18,935 nucleotides of DNA from NCBI GenBank assembly GCA_965662175.1, contig CBFIGT010000038.1, positions 1 through 18,935 on the forward strand, written 5' to 3'. The stretch comes from Arcobacter sp. Lineage in GTDB: Bacteria; Campylobacterota; Campylobacteria; Campylobacterales; Arcobacteraceae. The position numbers were made by a program, and so were the translations under genes. The notes below the pieces were generated by a model. That model saw only the letters and a list, made by a program, of their open reading frames with translations, had not been told where the DNA came from and made no database searches. Positions 9,563 to 15,361 of this stretch are shown in pieces (the stretch's first letter is position 1; each line of letters begins with the position of its first letter).

Positions 9563-9966
9563 TGATAATTAAAAAAATTATACTATTTTTAACATTTTCA
9601 ATTTTTGCTTTTGCAAATTTTATTGGAATAAGTCCAAGCCAATTACAAAAGAAAATTGAAGAGGGTGTTGTGGTAATTGATATAAGAACAGCTCCTGAGT
9701 GGAAAGAGTTAGGCATTGTTCCAACTAGTAAAGCTATTGTTTTTTTTGATGAAAAAGGAAACTATGATGTTGAAAAGTGGATGGGTGAATTCTCAAAATA
9801 TGTAAAAGATAAAAAGCAGCCATTTGTGCTTGTTTGTAGGTCAGGGAATAGAACAGGTGTAGTTGGTAATTTTTTATCAAAAAAGCTTCAATATGAAAAT
9901 GTATATCATTTAGAAAATGGTATAAAATCATGGATAAAAGAGAGTAAAGAAGTTATTAAACCTTAA
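9562..9966 (+). CDS. Exported single-domain rhodanese-like sulfurtransferase
   Basis: Sec signal ending in AFA, VIDIRTAPEW, active-site loop CRSGNRT, HLENGIKSW. TAATG overlap with rodA stop. Confidence 0.85.
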   Translation: MIIKKIILFLTFSIFAFANFIGISPSQLQKKIEEGVVVIDIRTAPEWKELGIVPTSKAIVFFDEKGNYDVEKWMGEFSKYVKDKKQPFVLVCRSGNRTGVVGNFLSKKLQYENVYHLENGIKSWIKESKEVIKP

Positions 9967-9989
9967 GTTTAAAATGAAAAGAGAATATT

Positions 9990-11207
9990 ATGAAAATTTT
10001 ACATGCCTTAGCCCAAAGACCTGGACGTACAGGTAGTGGAGTTTTTTTACAACAGCTATTTAAAGAGGGTTTAAAAAAAGGTCATGAACAAGCAGTAATC
10101 GCAGGAGTTCCTTTTCATGAGCAAAATCCTGATATGGATAATTTGGATATAAAAAACTATTATCCTGTACTTTTTGAAAGCCCTGAATTACTATTTCCTG
10201 TAGTTGGTATGAGTGATATAATGCCATATAAAAGTACCAAATATAGTGATATGAGTGAATCTATGTTTAAAGATTATGAAAAAGCTTTTAAAAAAGTGAT
10301 TACAAAAGCTGTCGAGGAGTTTCAACCTGATGTTATAATTTGTAATCATATTTGGCTTTTATCTAATTTTATAAAAGATTTATATCCTAATCTTAAAACC
10401 CTAGTTCTTTGCCATGGAACTGATTTAAGACAATTAGAGCTTGCTAAACAGTTTGTTCCTTTGTTAAAAGAAAAAATTCCTAGAAATGATTATTTATTTG
10501 CCCTAAACTCTGTACAAGCTAATAGTATAAGAGAACTGTATGATGTAAATTATGAACAGGTTATTACAAGTGGAAGTGGATATAATCCTTTGATGTTTTA
10601 TCCCATAAAAAGAGCTAAAAATAAAAAAGTAAAAATAGCCTATATAGGGAAAATATGTAATGCTAAGGGCGTTCCTCATTTATTAAATGCCTTTGAGAAC
10701 TCTAAAAATAAAGAAAAAATGCACTTAAATCTTATAGGAAAAGGAAATGCCCAAGAGAGTGATAATATCATAAAAAGTTTAGCTAATAAAAAAGCTGATA
10801 TAGACTATTTAGGTGCACTTCCTCAAGATGAACTTGAAGAGCTTTTAAGGGTATCAGATATTTTTATTCTTCCATCTTTTTATGAGGGATTGCCTTTAGT
10901 TGTAATTGAAGCTTTAGCTTCAGGTGCAAAAGTTATCTCCACTGATTTACCTGGACTTGATGATTTTTTAGGTGAAGAGTTTAAAAAGCTTGATGCTATT
11001 AGATATGTAAAAATGCCAAGACTTCAAGGTGTAGATACTCCATATAAAGAGGATATAGAGAGTTTTGAAAAAGAGTTATCTTTGAAAATTGATGAAGTAA
11101 GTGATGAAATAATCACAGGTAAAGAGTATGAAATTGATAAAATTACTGAACTTTTAGAAGATAAAACATGGTCAGGTTTATTTAATAGACTTGAGAAAAT
11201 GTTTTAA
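9990..11207 (+). CDS. Glycosyltransferase family 4 (GT-B)
   Basis: FQPDVIICNH, CHGTDL, YIGKICNAKG, DIFILPSFYEGLPLVVIEALASG (E-x7-E). Confidence 0.88.
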   Translation: MKILHALAQRPGRTGSGVFLQQLFKEGLKKGHEQAVIAGVPFHEQNPDMDNLDIKNYYPVLFESPELLFPVVGMSDIMPYKSTKYSDMSESMFKDYEKAFKKVITKAVEEFQPDVIICNHIWLLSNFIKDLYPNLKTLVLCHGTDLRQLELAKQFVPLLKEKIPRNDYLFALNSVQANSIRELYDVNYEQVITSGSGYNPLMFYPIKRAKNKKVKIAYIGKICNAKGVPHLLNAFENSKNKEKMHLNLIGKGNAQESDNIIKSLANKKADIDYLGALPQDELEELLRVSDIFILPSFYEGLPLVVIEALASGAKVISTDLPGLDDFLGEEFKKLDAIRYVKMPRLQGVDTPYKEDIESFEKELSLKIDEVSDEIITGKEYEIDKITELLEDKTWSGLFNRLEKMF

Positions 11208-11240
11208 ATTTTACTCTTAAATAAGAGTAAAATTTTTTTT
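11206..11240 (+). terminator. Intrinsic terminator after rodA-rhodanese-GT4
   Basis: AAATTTTACTCTTA-aa-TAAGAGTAAAATTT inverted repeat followed by a T-run. Confidence 0.75.
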
Positions 11241-11256
11241 ACCATTTTATAAAAAA

Positions 11257-11288
11257 GTCCCATTTTTGTCACAGATAATTGTTACAAT
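11257..11288 (+). promoter_or_regulatory. Promoter of fdh gamma gene: extended -10 with upstream tandem repeat
   Basis: TGtTACAAT at 11280-11288. GTCCCA-N5-GTCACA (11-bp period) at 11257-11273. SD AGGAG before ATG 11315. Confidence 0.5.
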
Positions 11289-11314
11289 TTCTTAGATAAA
11301 AATAGGAGTTTAAA

Positions 11315-12202
11315 ATGTTAAGATATCTAATGATATTACTCACAATATCCCCTTTACTTTTCGGATATACGGCTGTTAGTGAAGCTAATCAGGACTTAAT
11401 CACGACAATGTTAGCTTATGGAAAAGATGGAAGTGTTTACTTAGATGAGATTTTTGTTGCCCTCCAAACAAAACTATTCAAAAATGCATATTTAGGAATT
11501 ATAGTTATTGTTCCTTTGGTTTTTTTGATTCATTATTTAATTATTGGACCAAAAAAATTTAAACATGATGGTAAAAAATATTATGTCTTTACACTATTTA
11601 ATCGAATAATTCATGGAATAGCAGCTGTTTCATTTATTGTTTTAATTCCAACAGGTCTTATTATGATGTTTGGTTCTTATTTTGGTGGTGGTGAGTTTGT
11701 ACGTGCATGTAAAGAGATACACTCAGTAGCAACAGTTTTATTTTTAATAAGTGTAATACCTATGTTTTTAATGTGGTTTAAAAATATGCTATTTACAGGT
11801 GATGATGTAAAATGGTTTATGATTTTAGGTGGTTATTTATCTAAAGAGAAAAAACCAATTCCAGCTGGTAAATTTAATGCTGGGCAAAAAATGTGGTTTT
11901 GGGTTTGTACAATTGGTGGTGCTGCTATGATTTTTACGGGAGTTACTATTTATGTACAAGATTTAGATTTAGGGATTTTAACACTATTTGGACTTACAAA
12001 AATAGAGATGTTAAGATGGTGTATTATTGTACACAATGTGGTAGGAATGGCAATGACAGCTCTATTTTTTACTCATATTTATATGTCATTATTTGCAATT
12101 AAAGGTGCAATACATAGTATTATAAATGGATATAAAGAGGAAGAAGAGGTTAAAATACTTCATAGTACTTATTATAAAGAGTTAAATAAATCTAAGGGGT
12201 AA
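11315..12202 (+). CDS. Formate dehydrogenase subunit gamma (cytochrome b membrane anchor, FdhC/FdnI-like)
   Basis: FTLFNRIIHG, KEIH, DVKWF..LGGYL, AGKFNAGQK, IVHN, THIYM, GAIHSIINGY..E..V...H..YY. Candidate heme-b His ligands are retained. Confidence 0.88.
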   Translation: MLRYLMILLTISPLLFGYTAVSEANQDLITTMLAYGKDGSVYLDEIFVALQTKLFKNAYLGIIVIVPLVFLIHYLIIGPKKFKHDGKKYYVFTLFNRIIHGIAAVSFIVLIPTGLIMMFGSYFGGGEFVRACKEIHSVATVLFLISVIPMFLMWFKNMLFTGDDVKWFMILGGYLSKEKKPIPAGKFNAGQKMWFWVCTIGGAAMIFTGVTIYVQDLDLGILTLFGLTKIEMLRWCIIVHNVVGMAMTALFFTHIYMSLFAIKGAIHSIINGYKEEEEVKILHSTYYKELNKSKG

Positions 12203-12217
12203 TTTCTCCCTTAGATT
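12189..12217. terminator. Probable terminator between convergent fdh gamma and azlD
   Basis: AATCTAAGGG-N9-CCCTTAGATT hairpin with T-rich tail on plus strand and A-rich flank upstream. Confidence 0.7.
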
Positions 12218-12227
12218 AGTTTTACTT

Positions 12228-12548
12228 TTATAAAAACTGTACTAATCCCATATAAAATATAGTTCCTCCAAAAATAGAAATCAAATAGTTTTTTAAACTA
12301 AGATGTAAAATAGCTGTAAAAATAATTCCACCAAACTCTTTTAATCCATATGGAAAGAGATGAAAATTAATATCTTTTATACTATAAACAATAAGAATAG
12401 TCATAATAACAGCAGGAAAAAATCTCTCAATAAAGAGTAAAAACGGTGGTAAATCCTTTTTCCCAAAAAATAAAAAAGGAAAAACTCTAGTAAAAAAGTT
12501 CACAAGTGCCATAATTGCAATTGCAATATAAATTTCAATATTACTCAT
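12228..12548 (-). CDS. azlD: Branched-chain amino acid export permease small subunit AzlD
   Basis: TRVFPFLFF, FPAVIMTILIVY, LISIFGGTIFY. ATG at 12548 overlaps the azlC stop (ATGAGTAA). Confidence 0.85.
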   Translation of the reverse strand: MSNIEIYIAIAIMALVNFFTRVFPFLFFGKKDLPPFLLFIERFFPAVIMTILIVYSIKDINFHLFPYGLKEFGGIIFTAILHLSLKNYLISIFGGTIFYMGLVQFL

Positions 12549-13227
12549 TTTCAACTGCTTTTTTAAAAGTAAATAGTAAAACCAAAGATAAAAATATTGA
12601 AAAAATCAAGATTTTATCACTTGGTATAAAAACCAAAGCTATAAGAGAAGAGAAAGCTCCAATTAAAAAAGGAACAATATTTTTTAAACTCTTATATTGT
12701 TCTATACATAAAACAACAAAAAGTGCTGTTAGGGAGAACTCTAAACCGGCTGTATTAAACTCAATATTAGAGCCAACTATAGCTCCTAATGTTGAGCCTA
12801 CAAACCAATAGCATTGATTAAAAAGTGTTAGAAAAAAGTAATAATATCTTTTGTTTAGGGTTTCATCATCTTTAATAGTTGTTAATAAAGCATAGGTTTC
12901 ATCTGTTAATCCAAAAATCAAATATGCTTTTAATTTACCCGATTTTTTAAATCTTTTTAATAAAGATAGTCCATAAAAAGATTGTCTTACATTTACAAAA
13001 AATGAAGCAATAGCAATATCTATCATCCCAGCTTTAACATTAAAAAAGTTTATTGCAATAAACTGCAAAGCTCCAGCATAAATAAATATTGACATAAGTG
13101 GTGCTAAATACCATGGATACTCAAAAGAGACTAGAAGTAAGCCAAAAGCAAAGCCCAAAACGCTATAACCCATCATGACAGGAATAGATACTTGAAAAGC
13201 TTTTTTTATCTCTGTATTATATTTTAT
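12541..13227 (-). CDS. azlC: AzlC-family branched-chain amino acid export permease (start uncertain: ATA 13227 proposed, first ATG 13176)
   Basis: SIPVMMGYSVLGFAFG, IYAGALQF, NVRQSFYGLSL, LTDETYA, YWFVGSTLGA, GLEFSLTALF. SD AAGGA at 13238-13234. Confidence 0.85.
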   Translation of the reverse strand: MKYNTEIKKAFQVSIPVMMGYSVLGFAFGLLLVSFEYPWYLAPLMSIFIYAGALQFIAINFFNVKAGMIDIAIASFFVNVRQSFYGLSLLKRFKKSGKLKAYLIFGLTDETYALLTTIKDDETLNKRYYYFFLTLFNQCYWFVGSTLGAIVGSNIEFNTAGLEFSLTALFVVLCIEQYKSLKNIVPFLIGAFSSLIALVFIPSDKILIFSIFLSLVLLFTFKKAVENE

Positions 13228-13266
13228 AATTAATCCTTAAATTAATTAACAATTTTAAGATATTCT

Positions 13267-13285
13267 TATTATGATAATCCTTATA
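13267..13285. promoter_or_regulatory. Fur-box-like site in divergent azlC / DUF2237 promoter
   Basis: TATTATGATAATCCTTATA matches GATAATGATAATCATTATC at 15/19 positions (manual count). Confidence 0.4.
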
Positions 13286-13306
13286 TTTCTCACAATAAGG
13301 AAAAAA

Positions 13307-13663
13307 ATGCAAACAAATATTTTAGGTACAACATTAACAACTTGTTGTAAAAACCCAATAACAGGATTTTATAGGGATGGCTTATGTAGAGCTACACCTG
13401 AAGATAGAGCTGTTCATAGCGTATGTGCTATTGTTACAAATAAGTTTTTAGAGTTTTCAAAACAACAAGGAAATGATTTAACAACTCCAATTCCAGCTTA
13501 TGGATTCCCTGGATTAAAAGAGGGTGATAAATGGTGTTTATGTATTTTAAGATGGATTGAAGCACATAAAGCTGGAGTAGCACCAAGAATTTTAGCAAAA
13601 GCAACTTCTATAGAATCTACTAAATATATAAGCAAAGAGATATTATTGGAGTATGCTATTTAA
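13307..13663 (+). CDS. DUF2237 family Cys-rich protein
   Basis: NILGxxLxxC...PITGFYRDGLC...HSVCA...FLEFSK..GNDLTTP.P.YGFPGLKEGDKWCLC..RW.EA..AG.AP. ATG 13307 has an AAGGA SD. Confidence 0.9.
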   Translation: MQTNILGTTLTTCCKNPITGFYRDGLCRATPEDRAVHSVCAIVTNKFLEFSKQQGNDLTTPIPAYGFPGLKEGDKWCLCILRWIEAHKAGVAPRILAKATSIESTKYISKEILLEYAI

Positions 13664-13668
13664 ATCTT

Positions 13669-13694
13669 ACCCTCATTATAGATTTAATGAGGGT
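13669..13694. terminator. Hairpin between DUF2237 gene and convergent small ORF
   Basis: ACCCTCATTA-tagatt-TAATGAGGGT. The right arm is the last codons of the small ORF. U-tails are weak. Confidence 0.6.
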
Positions 13695-13824
13695 GAATTC
13701 CTGGTTTTATAACTCTAGGATGTTCTAAAACAACAGGGTGAGGAGCACAAAAAAAACAGTGACAACAACCCGAAAAAACTATACTTATAAATAATAGAAA
13801 AACTATTGATAAAACTTTTTTCAT
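13684..13824 (-). CDS. 46-aa putative Cys/His/Pro-rich lipoprotein absent from the ORF track
   Basis: Manual translation MKKVLSIVFLLFISIVFSGCCHCFFCAPHPVVLEHPRVIKPGIHPH*. SD AAGGAG is 6 nt before ATG. Has MKK, a hydrophobic core and an FSG-C lipobox. Confidence 0.8.
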   Translation of the reverse strand: MKKVLSIVFLLFISIVFSGCCHCFFCAPHPVVLEHPRVIKPGIHPH

Positions 13825-13920
13825 TTCTAACTCCTTATTTTTATAAGGAAATTATTACATATATAATTAAATAAATTTTAAATCAAAAGTTAACAAAATT
13901 TAATAGTTTTTATCTGAGTT

Positions 13921-14841
13921 TTAACTATCTTCCATTATCTTTTTGATTTCATGAAGAAGCTCTATTGATGCTTCTATCTCCTCTTTTCTAATAGCTACAC
14001 TTTCAATATTACAACCAATTGGAATACCTTTTTGTGTTCCAAAATCATATAACTCTTTAAAAATATCAACACATAGTTTCATAGAATCATGTAAAATATC
14101 ACCTGAGTGTTTTAAATCCTCTTCTAAGTAGTTAGGAATAGAAATACCAAGCCATTTCATAAAGTCTAGGGTTTTTGCACTTCCACAAGGTGTAAGTGTA
14201 AAGATTATTGGAACCATCTCTTTTTGATTTTCTTTTGCATATTTTGCATAATCAGTTAAAAAAATCTTTGAAGCTTCAAGATTATAAACACATTGAGTCA
14301 CAAAATATTCACATGAGTTATCAATTTTATTAAATACTCTTAAGTGTTCATCATGTTTTGTCATATGACGCTCAGGAATACAAATTCCACCTAAACATAA
14401 GTTATCATTAACTTCTCTTTTTAATCTATATGCTTCTTGGAGTGTTAATGGTTTTTTTTGATTATGGGAAGCTGCTCCTACAAATACAGAGTGAACTTGA
14501 TTCTCTTTTGTTATCTCTAACCATTTTGGAAAAGTTTCACTTGTATAGTTTCCAACAGCTCTATAAACAACTCTTGGAATTTTTAAATCTTGTAAATAAG
14601 CTCTTGAATATTCACATGGGTCTAGAGTTTTAATAAATGGAAAAGGTCTTTTTTCATCTGTTCTATCTGACTCATCTTGAATATCGTACAATACTAAACC
14701 ATCAATTGGTAGTTTTGATATTCTATCAATATGTTTCAAAGCTATTTGTTTTATTTCATCTTCAGTATGCTTTATTTTTGGAGGAGTTATACCATATAGT
14801 AAAATTCCACTTTGTTTATTTCTTATTTTATCTGTTAACAT
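13921..14841 (-). CDS. Methylenetetrahydrofolate reductase-like FAD-linked oxidoreductase (divergent MetF family)
   Basis: LYGITPPK, YDIQDES.R..RPFPF, LGGICIPERH, YFVTQCVYN, FMKWLGISIP resemble the MTHFR TIM barrel. Activity not established from sequence. Confidence 0.7.
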   Translation of the reverse strand: MLTDKIRNKQSGILLYGITPPKIKHTEDEIKQIALKHIDRISKLPIDGLVLYDIQDESDRTDEKRPFPFIKTLDPCEYSRAYLQDLKIPRVVYRAVGNYTSETFPKWLEITKENQVHSVFVGAASHNQKKPLTLQEAYRLKREVNDNLCLGGICIPERHMTKHDEHLRVFNKIDNSCEYFVTQCVYNLEASKIFLTDYAKYAKENQKEMVPIIFTLTPCGSAKTLDFMKWLGISIPNYLEEDLKHSGDILHDSMKLCVDIFKELYDFGTQKGIPIGCNIESVAIRKEEIEASIELLHEIKKIMEDS

Positions 14842-14910
14842 AAAAAAACCTTAAAATATTTTTGAAATGATACTATAAATATTTTAATCGCTTATAAAAT
14901 AGAGCATCTT

Positions 14911-15360
14911 TTAATCAAATGTATTATTTCCATTTTTACAAAGTTCAATTGCATCTAGAAGTGTTTCTAAAATATTTTTCTGATCTATTGGTTTTTGTAT
15001 AAATTTTGCAACACCTAAATTAATTAGTTCATATAAGTTTTCAGGATGAGAGTAGGCTGAAAGTACTAATATAACTTGCTCTTCTTGTACACTCATAATC
15101 TCTTTACACAACTCAATACCACCCATTTTAGGCATACTTAAATCTGTAATTACAATATCATAAAAATCATTATTTTCTGTTTCAAACTTATAATACATTT
15201 TTAAAGCTTCTTCACCATCATTTGCTATATCAATATTTTCAAAAAAGTTATATAACATTTTGACAACTTGATTTTGCACTTCCATATTATCTTCTACAAA
15301 TAAAACATTTAAATCTCTACTAAATGGTAAAAGTTCTTTTAGTTTTTCTATAGTTTCCAT
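14911..15360 (-). CDS. Single-domain response regulator (receiver only)
   Basis: VLFVEDN, IVITDLSMPKMGG (phospho-Asp), LSAY, FIQKP. Starts 1 nt after the kinase stop. Confidence 0.9.
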   Translation of the reverse strand: METIEKLKELLPFSRDLNVLFVEDNMEVQNQVVKMLYNFFENIDIANDGEEALKMYYKFETENNDFYDIVITDLSMPKMGGIELCKEIMSVQEEQVILVLSAYSHPENLYELINLGVAKFIQKPIDQKNILETLLDAIELCKNGNNTFD

Positions 15361-15361
15361 A

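Noticed and set aside
9528..9931. Minus-strand ORFs 9528-9716 and 9734-9931
   Set aside because: Antisense shadows of rodA/rhodanese.
11893..12102. Cys/Tyr-rich 69-aa ORF
   Set aside because: Alternate frame wholly inside the fdh gamma gene. Cys/Tyr/Trp richness arises from out-of-frame reading of hydrophobic codons.
12515..12811. Plus-strand 98-aa ORF
   Set aside because: Antisense to azlC/azlD.
13747..13767. Heme c motif in the mini-lipoprotein
   Set aside because: CCHCFFCA contains CxxC twice but no CxxCH.
14430..14843. Plus-strand ORFs 14430-14633 and 14637-14843
   Set aside because: Antisense to the MetF-like gene.
14842..14910. Possible SAM/THF riboswitch before the MetF-like gene
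   Set aside because: Only 69 nt, almost all A/T, and no recognisable aptamer core.
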